From Pelagomonas calceolata (Eukaryota): a DNA stretch of 64,000 nt. Position numbers and translations under genes: made by a program. Below are positions 52,910 through 63,400 of this stretch, piece by piece (within the stretch, counting starts at the first letter, position 1; every line of letters starts with the position of its first letter). The notes below the pieces were generated by a model that was not told the origin of the DNA, did not search any database, and saw nothing but the letters and a program-made list of their open reading frames with translations. The stretch lies in contig CAKKNE010000001.1 in the NCBI GenBank assembly GCA_918797485.1, positions 4,774,001-4,838,000 on the forward strand, written 5' to 3'.

Positions 52910-53395
52910 TCACGGCGCGGCGCGCTTGCGCGGGCCCCAGAGCAGCGCGACGAAGCGCGTGTGCGGGTCCGGCGAGCGCACCTTCACGGGACCGGGCTTT
53001 ATGCGGCGCCGCTTCCGCTGCGGCTCCTCGCTCCGGTCCGGCAACAGAGGATTCAGGCCGTCGTTGTAGAACATGGACGGGCCCTCGAAGAACTCGCGGA
53101 CGGCGGGCGCCGCGGCGCCGCGGCTGCGCGCCGACGCCGCGTCGTCGACCTCGTCGTCCGTGGCGTTTGGAGACACCGTCGGCACCGTGACGGGGCAAAT
53201 CACCTTCGCGGGCGCCTCTCGCACCGCGCGGTAGGCCACTTCCGGCGCCTCTATGTACATGGTCATTGCCGTATCGGCCTCTATGGCCTCGGCCTCTATG
53301 CGGCCGTCGTAGGACAGGGAGACGCGCCGGTGGTGCCGTGAACAATGCTGCTGAAGGTAGTCGCCTCCATTCGATTTTTGAGCCACGCTGGCCAT
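52910..53395 (-). CDS. Hypothetical protein
   Basis: ATG at 53395 in AAAATGG context, GC3-biased, low-complexity product. Confidence 0.45.
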   Translation of the reverse strand: MASVAQKSNGGDYLQQHCSRHHRRVSLSYDGRIEAEAIEADTAMTMYIEAPEVAYRAVREAPAKVICPVTVPTVSPNATDDEVDDAASARSRGAAAPAVREFFEGPSMFYNDGLNPLLPDRSEEPQRKRRRIKPGPVKVRSPDPHTRFVALLWGPRKRAAP

Positions 53396-53735
53396 TTTTG
53401 AGGCGGGAAAGTTGTGCAATGCCGTCTCCGGGTTGGTTCTGGGGCTGCGCTGCAACTTGTGGGCTGGCGCGCGCCAAAATGCCGTCGCTGCAGTCGCCTA
53501 TTGCGAATGAGAGCAATTCACAAATGGGGGGAAAAACCGCGCGTCAGTTTCCTTCATTTCGCGATGAAGGAACTCCTCAGCGTGGCGCCGGTGGGCCCGC
53601 GCTCCTACGGGACCCCTGCGACGCCTAGATTTCGCTGATCAGCTGATGGGGCAGCCCCATAGTGGGCAACTTAGTGGGCAGCCCCCAACCGCGCCGTTTC
53701 GCAAGAAGCAGGACTAGCCGACGGCGAAGCGAGCG

Positions 53736-54635
53736 GTGACGTCCCGCTATGAGCCGTTCGCGCTGGCCCTTGACAACCCGAGCTCAGATCCCGAGCCTCG
53801 CTCGATTTGGCAGAAGGTCGGCAATATCGAGCCTACCGAGCACCTGCAGAGCTGCCCCCGCTCGCCCAAGCGTCAACGGACTAACATAAACAACGCTCCC
53901 AGGCGCTCAGGTCGTAATTCGCCGCGAAGGAGCCGCATATCTCACCCAAAGGGGAGGGGCTCTCCTCACGCCAACAGCGCGCCCAAGAGGCCCGCGCCAC
54001 CGACAAGGCCCGGGGCTGCCTCCGCAGCCCCAGCGCCCCTCACGACAGCAACAATTCTTCGCGTGGACGACCCGCTGCTCGCGGGCACCCCGCCGCGCGC
54101 GTCGTCCCGGGAGAACCAACTCATCATGACCGACATCACGCTCGCGCGGGCCGAGAGCCCGCAGGAGATGCGGCGCGACCGCAGCTTCGGGACGCTCGAG
54201 GCCATGGCCAAGCCGATGCCCAGCACGATGCCCTGCAGCCCGTCGGGCAACTTCGGCGGCTGGGACGAGAGCCCCGCGCCGAGCGTGCCCTCGTCGCCGC
54301 GGGCGACGCGGTGGAACAACCAGTCGCTGTTCCGAAAGTACGAGTCGCCGCCGCGCCACACGGTGCCGGCGTCCTCGTCCATGATGCTGGCGTCGCCGAC
54401 GCCGATGATGGCGCTGGCCGAGGCGGCGCGACGGCGCGCCCTGAGCACGGACACCGAAAGCTCGCAGACCGCGTGCGGCGAGGTGACCCTCTCGGACGCG
54501 TCGCCCCTCTCGCCGCCGAAGCGCCCGCGGTTCGCGTCATGGGGCGCGCCCGAGGCGATGCCCGTCTCGCCGTCGCCGCCGGCCGCGCCGCCGCCGCCGC
54601 CGCACTCCAACCTCGTGGCCCTGCTCTGGAGATAG
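53736..54635 (+). CDS. Pro/Ser-rich disordered hypothetical protein (start uncertain; first ATG at 54126)
   Basis: GC3-biased ORF ending HSNLVALLWR, similar to the TRFVALLWG tail of the divergent neighbour. Confidence 0.5.
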   Translation: MTSRYEPFALALDNPSSDPEPRSIWQKVGNIEPTEHLQSCPRSPKRQRTNINNAPRRSGRNSPRRSRISHPKGRGSPHANSAPKRPAPPTRPGAASAAPAPLTTATILRVDDPLLAGTPPRASSRENQLIMTDITLARAESPQEMRRDRSFGTLEAMAKPMPSTMPCSPSGNFGGWDESPAPSVPSSPRATRWNNQSLFRKYESPPRHTVPASSSMMLASPTPMMALAEAARRRALSTDTESSQTACGEVTLSDASPLSPPKRPRFASWGAPEAMPVSPSPPAAPPPPPHSNLVALLWR

Positions 54636-54795
54636 GCCGAAGCCTGCTCCCCTCCCTCGTCCGTCCTTTTTGTTTCATCGTGTAAGTCATTATTTAGCAG
54701 AATATTCTACTATATTGGGAGTTCTCTTACACGGGCAGAGGAGGCGGCATGTACTACTCAGCGGAGGCGGCGGCGGCGGCGCGCGAGTCTCCTAT

Positions 54796-55560
54796 TCATT
54801 CCTCGGCCGGGAACTCCGGATCGTGCTCATTCTTCAGCAACGCCCAGGCCCACGCCGCGCACGCCTTGAAGAAGGGCTGGCCGATGAGCTGGCCGTCGCC
54901 CACCATCCGCTGGATCTTAGCGAAGTCCCCGGGGTCGAGGAGGAGCCCGACGGTCATATTATCAAGCGGCGTTTTCTCTGGTGCGATTTCCACATCCGCC
55001 GAGCCCTTCATCATTGGTGCTGGCAGCTTACCCTTGAGGAACTCCCTGATGGCATAACACACCGGCCAAGTCTCGTTCGTGCCGGGCGGCTGTTTGGGCA
55101 CGACGGAAGCATCAAAGCTGCCCGCCACGACCGAAAACGAGAGCTCCGGGCGGATGGACCGGGGGGTGATTGCCATCGGATCCTTGGCCCAGTGGGCCTC
55201 GGCTTCGTCAAACTTGAGCGCCGGCAAACGGAGCATCGGCAAGCCAAAGCCCGTGCCCCAGGGATGCCCGCCATACGTCACCTGGCGGCCGTTGTAGGAT
55301 ACTGTAAAGCTGACGGGATACCTCACCGGTTTCGCGAGGAGGTCGCAGACGGCGACGATCAGACTGGTGTAGGCCTCCTCGTGCCGCTCGCGCGGCGACT
55401 TGTCGCGGCGGGCGCGCTTGGCCGACGGCTCGTCACTGCCGCCTTCGGCGTCGACGACGGCCTGCGCGTGCGCGCGCGCCTCGGCGAGGGTCTCGGCGCC
55501 GAGCACCTGCCGCGCCAGCTGGCCCGCGTCCGGCTCCATCGTGAGGTCGATCGTCGCCAT
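54796..55560 (-). CDS. Hypothetical globular protein
   Basis: ORF starting MATIDLT (SIM-like); complex sequence; no family recognised. Confidence 0.6.
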   Translation of the reverse strand: MATIDLTMEPDAGQLARQVLGAETLAEARAHAQAVVDAEGGSDEPSAKRARRDKSPRERHEEAYTSLIVAVCDLLAKPVRYPVSFTVSYNGRQVTYGGHPWGTGFGLPMLRLPALKFDEAEAHWAKDPMAITPRSIRPELSFSVVAGSFDASVVPKQPPGTNETWPVCYAIREFLKGKLPAPMMKGSADVEIAPEKTPLDNMTVGLLLDPGDFAKIQRMVGDGQLIGQPFFKACAAWAWALLKNEHDPEFPAEE

Positions 55561-55988
55561 GCTGCAGCGACTGCCCTGGTCGTTTTCTTGGCTTGTGGAA
55601 TGTGCCAAAATTTGCTGGTAAATCCGGCTCATGCCGCGGCGCTTCAACGCGCGGTCTTATTCGGGGGCAGCCTCTTATGGCATCGACAGCCTGGTCGAGA
55701 AGGCACATCGCAAACCGAGCGCCCAAGTGAGCCGCCGCAGGCACCGTCCCGCTGCTGTAACTCTCGGGCTACCCCCTGCGACGGCTCCCGCGCGGCCGTC
55801 GAGAGAGGCGAGTCTGAAAAACCCGTTTTCCATGTCGAATTAGCGCAAGCAAGCGCGACAAAAACGCCGCCGCCAGGCCATATAACCAGCAGCACCGCGC
55901 CAACGTCACAGGACGAAAGCCTGAGTCGCTGCGACGAACGCTGCGCATCGCTTCGCCCCGTGCCAGCACGCCGCCGCAGCGCTGCGCC

Positions 55989-57011
55989 ATGGACTCCTAC
56001 TACGCCATGCTAAAAGTAACAAGAGACTCGAAATTCCCGGAAGACGTCACGAAGAGCTACCGCAAGTTAGCATTAAGAGCGCACCCCGACAAGGGTGGGA
56101 GCAAGGAGGCCTTCGACGCGCTGCACCGCGCCTACGAGGTCCTGAAGGATGAAGAAAAACGCAAGGTTTATGATAGGTTCGGGTTCGATTTCGGGGATGA
56201 TGAAAGCGCAGATGAGTTGCTGGGGGAGCTGTCGCCGATGGCCATGCGTTTGATCGGCATCGCGATATTCAGAGCGGCTTTATGTGGCGCTGTTGTCGTT
56301 GGATTAAGGTACCGCGTACCTCGGACATTGTGCATCGCGGCGTGCGGCGGCTGCGTCGTTTATGGCCGTACTAGGTCAGATCGGGACTTTGAGTTCTTGG
56401 GGTATAGAGCCGTCTTCGTACCTTTGATAGCCTGGCTGGCCTCCTACATGTCCCTCACATTTGTATTTGATGTGGTTGTCTACGCTATCACGTTTGGCGC
56501 TTTGGAATGGGAGAATCTGAGTGTGAAGGGCGCGGCACTCGTAGCAGCAGTCGTAGGGAGGTGGTGGTTCGGCGCCTCGCTCTGGTTCTTCGTCAAACTG
56601 TTATTAGCTTTCGGCGTACTACTTATTGTGGCACATTTATTTTTTGTGGTCGTCGCGTCGGTCGTGAAGGAGGTCGTGGATCTCAAATTGGCGGCCTACG
56701 GTATGTATGCGGCGTCCGGGTAAAATCGCGGCGATGGCGTCGACCGCGTCTCCGGGTCGCGGCGACGGCGTCGATCGCGGCCGCGAGAGCGTCGACGCGT
56801 CTCACGAGATCGAGAGCGGCGGTCGCGACCGCGACCCTGCGCAGGCGACAAGTTCCGGAAGTGCATGCGCGACGGCCAGGCGCCTCCTCAAAAAAAGGAG
56901 GAGGCGCCGCCGCCGGCCCCGGCGCCGGCAAAGGCCTCACCACGGCAGGCGGCGCGGAAGAACTCCATGAACGCCGGCTTCCTCAACAACCCGAAGAAGA
57001 AGAATCGATGA
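55989..57011 (+). CDS. DnaJ (J-domain) membrane protein; exons 55989-56700 and 56845-57011
   Basis: YRKLALRAHPDKGG, AYEVLKD; several TMs; 144-nt GTATGT...GCAG phase-1 intron extends the ORF to TGA at 57009-57011. Confidence 0.85.
56701..56844 (+). repeat. Intron built from CGCGGCGAYGGCGTCGA-family repeats
   Basis: Two direct copies (from about 56727 and 56758) plus a GTCTCACGA block shared with 41689-41778. Confidence 0.6.
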
Positions 57012-57022
57012 ATAACAACTTG

Positions 57023-58253
57023 TTAACTACTAGGTGGCGGTTGCTGCGCTCCGAAGATCTTCTCCTGGAGCGCGAGGTGCGCGCCGTCGACGGGTCGCAC
57101 GTCGCCGCCGAACGCGCGCGCGAGTTCGACGCACGCGACCACGCCGGCCTCCGGGGCCTTGCCGGCGGACCGCTCCAGCGCGGCGCCTCCCAACACGACG
57201 CGAGCGATTGCGCGCGGCGTCGGCCGCCACAGAGTTGATGCCTGGGCCGCGAACGCGTTTTGATCAGAAGCGCGCGCCTCGGCGACCCACCAGGCGAGCT
57301 GCGCCGCGTGCAGCGCCGTGTCGGGCGCCTCGCCGACGGGCTCGAAGGACGTGGGCAGCGGCTGGGCCGGGTAGTCCAAATAATAACCCACGCCGCGCGC
57401 GCCCGCCGTGAACTTGTAGCCCGGCCGCCGGCCGACGTAGGTCGCCGCCGGCGCGAAGGTCGGCACCGACGTGGCCCGGCGCCGCACGGCGGGCGGGACC
57501 ACGGGCGCCGCCTTGCCGAGCGCCCAGGCGACGTCGGCGCACCTCTGCGTGTCGCCGTCGACGCAGCGCTCGGCCGCGACCTGTGCGTAAATCAATCAGT
57601 GCGTCGACTGCACTAAGTCATTTCTCGGCGATGACGCGGCCGTGCTGAGAAGCGCCGCGAAATTTGATTTGTGCACTGGCCGCGACGAGCGCCAGGGCGA
57701 GGCCCTCGAACCCTTCCCCGCCGCCGAGGTCCGCCGCCACCCTCCTCAACGCATCACGCGCCGCGGGCCGGCGCTGGATCTGCGCCACGGCCGGCGCGAA
57801 GGGCCCGCAGTCCTTCGCGTCGCAGCCCTCGTCCTCCAAAAACGGCGAAAGCGCCTCGTGCCACAGGTGCGCGACCGTCTCCGGCGGCAGGTGCCGCGCG
57901 CCCGCGAGCGAGCCGAGGTCCCGCTCCTGCAGGGCCGCCGTCAGCCGCGCCTGGCCCGCCGGCGGCAGCGGGCTCGTCGGCGGCAGTATTAATGACGCGG
58001 CGTAGGCGGCGACGCCCATCGCGAGGCTCCCGCTCACGGGCCCGGCGAAGAGGCCGTACCAGGCGACGCGCGCCGCAATACTTTCTGCCGCGGCGGGCCG
58101 CAGCGCGTAGCAGGTCCCCGCGCCGGCGGCGTAGATCGCGGCGACACCCGGCGCGACGCCGACGTCGTCGCGCACATCATCGGGGAGACTCAGGAGCGCG
58201 CCGCACGCACCAGTTTGAGCGGCAACGGTGCCGACCGCGCGCTTCCAGGACAT
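57023..58253 (-). CDS. Hypothetical protein (N-terminal TMs, GYxFxxGxxGxGYYxD module, possible hydrolase-like C-terminus); exons 58253-57687 and 57580-57023
   Basis: Two ORFs join in phase 0 across the TSD/TIR intron. Confidence 0.7.
57573..57686 (-). mobile_element. Introner element with perfect 8-bp TSD (intron 57686-57581, 106 nt)
   Basis: Minus strand: GTCGCGGC-CAGTGCACAAATCAA...TTGATTTACGCACAG-GTCGCGGC; TIR 12/15; donor GT in the TSD, acceptor AG at the TIR end. Confidence 0.9.
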
Positions 58254-58903
58254 TTTGGCACCACTACTTTGCAGCACTGCCTTTGTGAGAGCCCATCAGC
58301 CAGGGAGAGCTGACGCAGCCCGCACAGATGGCTTGGCTGCTCAGCAAGTCGTGCGTACGGCTGCCAAAAAGGACTTGATAGTAGAGAACCCGAACTCACC
58401 CTAGGGGGTCCGAGCCTCGATCTACCAGACCGCGCGAGCGCGCGATATGGTAGGGAAGTGTCTTCCGGAAGCAAAGCTAGCTAGCGTTGAGATGTTACTG
58501 CTGCTCCACACGAAAGGTGACGATTGGGACGCGGGAGAAGAAACCTGCAGCGGGGCAGCGGACGTCGGCGCGCGCGTGTGTGTGTGTGGAGCAGCAGCAG
58601 AGCACCTCGAGCTGGAACGGCGCTATAGAACCCGCACGTTGTGTGAAATCTCTCAACGATCGAAGGCAAGAGCAGGTAGAGCTGAACGGCCGGCGGGAAC
58701 GTGTAGAGGAATACAACCCGCGGCGGCGAGGTGCAATGGACCCGGACGCAATGCGTTCTCCGGGACCTCGTGAAGATCATAAGACCGAAGTGCGCGTTCA
58801 GCGGGACCCCTCGTCGGGGAATAAAGAGTGAACCGACCGGCAATGAATGAAAGTATGTCCGTCGCGTCTCCGCTCGTCTCGGCTGCCAATGGCCCAGCAG
58901 TTA

Positions 58904-58925
58904 GCTAGCGGCGTAAAGACACTAG
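58904..58925 (+). promoter_or_regulatory. CTAG-bounded intergenic motif copy 8 (GCTAGCGGCGTAAAGACACTAG)
   Basis: In a divergent gap, about 170 nt upstream of ATG 59098. Confidence 0.6.
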
Positions 58926-59097
58926 CAATCTTGAGAACGATTTTCAAACCTGGCTGCTTGCCTGGGAGCGCGAGGCCGCCTAGCCACATTCTGTTGTAAG
59001 TAGAGCTGTGGCCCTGTTCAGGGTACCAACTTCTCGCGCCAGCAGGGCTGATTTCTAAAGGTGGGCTGCCCCGTAGGCTCCCCCCACATAAGAGCAA

Positions 59098-60382
59098 ATG
59101 GCCGACAACTTGCGCCGCCGCCGCCAGGGCGTGCGCTTCGATGACGACGACGAAGATTACGACGCTGTCAAGCAGGGCAGCGACGACGACGATGGCCGGC
59201 GCCGGCCAACGGCGGCCAAGGTCTTCGCCGCGCGGAAGAGCCTGGGCTACTCGGACGACGACGAGGACACAACACCAGCGGCGCCGGCGCCGAAGTGGGC
59301 CGAACGCGTCGTCGCGGTCGTCGACGCTATTGTGATTGCCGCGGCGCCGTACGCGGACAAAGCCATGACCCTCGCGGAAGATGCCGTGGCCGTCGCCGCG
59401 CCGGTCGCGCGCCGGGTCTACGGTGTCGCGACGGCGCGCGTCACGCGTGAGGGCCTCGCAATCGCGACGGGCCTCTTCGTCTGCCTCTTTGGGGGGTCCT
59501 TCGTGCGGCTGATCGCCGTGGCGGAGGCGCTGCACGTGACGGGCGCGTACGCCACCGCGGCCACGGCGCTGGCCGAGCTGCGGGAGCATGTGGAAGTTGT
59601 CGCCGAGGCGGAGAAGACTGACGGGCGGCGCAAGTCCATGGCCGTGCTGCGGAAGGAGCGTCAGTGCCGATGCGGCGTGGAACTCGGGGCCTTCACTTTG
59701 CTTTGGGTCATCCTCCCACGCACGCCATCGACGCCGGTTTCTACGCAGATACAAGCGCATTGCCTCGCGGAAGATCTCGGTCTACGCGTCGGCCATCCGG
59801 AACCCGGCGGCGCTCACGGCGTCGCTCGCGTCCCTTTGGTCTGCGGCCGCGACGGTAGCGGCGGCGCTGCGCATCACCTTCGCGCGGACGCTGGTCCTGG
59901 GCGTAAGCGTCGCAGCGACGGTCTCGCCGGCGATGCGGAGAGATTTTGCGCCCGCCGTCGCCGCGACCCTGAAGCCGATGCATAGGCAATGGGCACCGAC
60001 GATTATTGATGTATGCGTCCGGGCGGTCTGCGTCGCGATCGCCTGGCGGCTCCAGCGCGTGTTCAGCGCGTGGCACTCGGCCGCGAGAGGCGGCGTCGCG
60101 TGCGCGAAGGCGCTGGGCCGGGTCCTGAAGCGCAAGGGCTGGGTGCCGGCGCGCATCGCGCTCGCGTCGGACGAGGAGCCCTACCGGGGAACGGACTCGA
60201 CGGGGCCCGTCATCGGGGGGCTCTACGCGGACGAGGTGGTCGGGTTCGTGCTCGCGGCGTGCGGGCTGCGCCTGCAGTTGTCGCGGTCGTTCGGGCTACC
60301 CCTCCTACTGCGTCTTGTGTTGCTGCCCGCGCTCGCGCTCGAGGGGGTGCTCGCGCTGCTGTTCCTCGGGCTCGGGCCGTAG
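59098..60382 (+). CDS. Multi-pass membrane protein of unknown function; exons 59098-59663 and 59749-60382
   Basis: Phase-2 GT-AG intron joins the ORFs to give KERQYKRIASRK; hydrophobic helices. Confidence 0.75.
59664..59748 (+). mobile_element. Degenerate introner-type intron (85 nt)
   Basis: GTGCCGATG-CGGCGTGGAACTCGG...CCGGTTTCTACGCAG; same geometry as the other introners; contains ACGCCATCGACGC. Confidence 0.6.
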
Positions 60383-60447
60383 GTCCCCTCGTTTTGTAAC
60401 GATTTTCTTGCTTGTAACTTGAGTCACTAGACAACTTAGCACAAAAT

Positions 60448-63400
60448 TCAGGCCCCCTCTGGCCGTCTCTGTCGCGTGGCCGCGAAGTCGTCGTTTTCTT
60501 TTTTGTCAGGATCCTGCGCGGCACGGGCGCGTTTGATCGACGCGGCCGCCCAGGCCCCGGCGAGCGTCAGCAGCACGCTCTCCGTGTCCTGGACGAGGCG
60601 CTCCCGGTGTTGCAGCAGGCGTCGCTCGACCGTCGAGAGGCTGTACCACCAGATGCGGATGCGGTGCAGTTCCGATATCGTCGATATGAGCATCGCCACG
60701 CGCTGCTGGCCGCCCAGCAGCGTCGCGAACGCGGACAGACCCCCGACGACGGCGAGCGCGACCACGACGTACTCCGGGTGGCCGAACAGCGACGCGCCCG
60801 TCGCGGCGCCCATGCACAGGAGCCGCGCGAGCTCCAGGGTCTGTTGGATTTGTCCGTAGCGGCGCGAGCTTTTCGTGAGCGTCCTGAGGTTCATCAGGAG
60901 GCGGAACCGCTCGTAGTCGTCGCCCGTGACGAGGCCGATGCCGTCGTCCCGGTCCTCGCTGTCCTGGCTATTCATCACGCCCTGACGCACGGAGAAGTCC
61001 TTGTCGATTTTGACAATGTCGGTGTCGGCGTCGCCGTCGGCCGGCGCGACGCGCCGCCCGGCGGCGGAAACCGTCCCCGTGATCCACATGCACCATCTGC
61101 GGGTCCTGACCCAATTGCAGCATAGTTTCTTGACCCAGTGGATATGTTTCGGGTCGTACATGTGGCCCGCCCGCTGGTACTCGTCGAATGTCTGACCGGC
61201 CTGGAGGGGCTCCGTCCGCACATCAGACTGGCGCAGCCGCGCCTCCGCGGCCACGAGCTGCTCCTGGAAGTGCACCGCGCGCACGTTCGAGCCCCGCGCC
61301 ACCGGGGCGGGCGCGTCTGCCGCGGCGTCGGCCTCGCTTCCGGTGCTTTCGAACTGCCGCTGGAGTGTGGTCATTGCAACTTCATCGAACGCGCCCGTCT
61401 TCTCGAACGCGCGGGTGAACGCTAGTCCCCTGGCCTGTTCCTTGGCCTGCCGGTCCGCGCGCGCGGCCCTGAAGGCGGCCTGGGACGCCTTGAGCTGGCT
61501 CTCGCCGCCGTCACCGTACGAGAAGTCGCCCGTCCGCGTCCGGTAGCGGTATATTAGGCTCTTTACCTCACTCTCCGCCAGCTCGCACGCGGCGGCCTTC
61601 GTGCCAAACTCGAAGTAGCGCTGCGCCCCGAGCAGGAACCCCGTGACGATCGAGAGCAGGCCGGCGACGACGTCGCCCCGGCCCCGGAAATATGCCGGGT
61701 CCGCGTAGGCGACGAGGCCCGTGCAGGTGGTGATCATCGCGCAGATGATCGTTATCGAGCTCAGCACCAGATCCCAACCGCTCAGGCGCTCGAAGTTGCG
61801 GCGGTACGTGAGGACCAATTGCCACGCGTACAGCAACCGGGCCTGCTCGGCCCGGTTGAAGCCGATGATCGCGGACTCCTCGCGCGACGCCATCGACAGA
61901 CACTTGGTGATGCGGTCGGCGATGTGGTTCGCATCCTCGCGCAGGGCGTCGAAGACCAGCCACGACGAGTCGTGCACGTCTGGGGGCACCGTGAGCGTCG
62001 AGAGCTTCTTGTAGCCGGGCGTTCTGCGATTACGCGCGTCGTCGATCGCCTGACACATTTGGTCGACCCAGAACCCGGAGGAGCGGAGCAGGACGAGCTG
62101 GCCGCCGCCCTGCGCTCGCTCGATGGATTTGTCGAAGGCTCTACTGTCCTTGCCGCACATGACAGCTGTGGCGTGCGGCAGGAGGCGCCACAGGTACCTC
62201 GAGAAGGCGATCTTGTCGGCCTCGTGCCGGAAGAAAATCATATGCGTGCAATACGGCGAGAGTTCCGCCCGCAGGATCTCACATAGATGGTCCAGGTCGT
62301 CGTCTGCTTCCTTATTGTCGCCGGGCAGCTGCGTCCCGTGAGCTCTCCGCAGGCGCATCGCGCAGTCGCGCCGCGGCCACTTCATCCGAAGCTCTTTCAC
62401 CATGCCGTCGACGGCCGTGCTTGTCTTTTTGTACGTGTAGACGGTGCGCGCGTCCTGGAAGTTCGGGGCCGCGTAGCTGTAGAGGTCGATCGGGTCTTCG
62501 CCATACCTCCAGATCTCGAACGGGCCGCGCTTGTCCGGCGCGTCTAGCTCCTCGGCCACAATCTTTTTCATCGAGCTCTTCAGACGTTTCATAATCGTTT
62601 TCATCGAGCTCTTCGGAGGTTCGTCGCCGTCTGCGTCGAAGCGCCAGGATTTCACGACCTCTTGGAGTTTTCTTTTGGAAGTAAGCGACTGGTCCGTCGT
62701 GTGCAGTCCCAGGTAGGTCAGACCTGAGACGTCGTTGAGCTGCGAAAAACGCTGGATGCCTTTTTCGAACATGGCGGGCGACTTGTTGAACGATTCCCGG
62801 CAATTCCACTCCGAGATGAGCCAGCCCTTCGACTCGTACGCGGCCTGCACGACCGCGCCCATGAACGCTGAGCCGCGACTCGCGTAGTTTTCCATCCGGA
62901 TATCGTAGAGCCGCTTGTCGCGTTCCACCTGTCGCTCGCGGAGCAGCTTTTCGGCGTCCAGGGTAAATTGTTCCTTGGTAATTTCGGCGTTCTTCACGGC
63001 CTCGCAGACGTCCTTCCAGGCCTTCTTCAAGTCCTTGATGCTCTGGACTAATTGGTCGCGGTACATCTCGCGCTTCTTTCCCTGCAGTTCGACCAACACT
63101 TGGTCCGCGAGCGCATCGATGTCAGTTGCAGGCGCGGCAGATGGATTCTTCGAGTCGCCCGACGCGCGATCTTTGGTGAGGGGGCTGTTTACCTCAGCCT
63201 CAGACGCAGGCACTGACAGAACCTCATCTGCGGCAGGCGCCGGGGCTTCGGCTGATCTCCCATCCCTACCATGCCCGCCCGCATAAGCCTCAGCCGCGAG
63301 GGCCTCCGCAGCAAGCCCCTCCGCGGTGCGCACAGGATCGCCCAGGAATCGCCCAGTTTCCCGGACGAGTTTGTGTTCCTTGAGCAGGAAGTTTTTCGCT

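Noticed and set aside
58447..58889. Short ORFs and a (GT)n run in the roughly 800-nt gap
   Set aside because: Mostly non-ATG starts, no codon bias or motifs; the microsatellite is too short to be informative
1727..58925. CTAG motif as a CRISPR repeat or Helitron 3' end
   Set aside because: Copies are dispersed rather than arrayed; no consistent GC hairpin before the terminal CTAG and no shared flanking sequence
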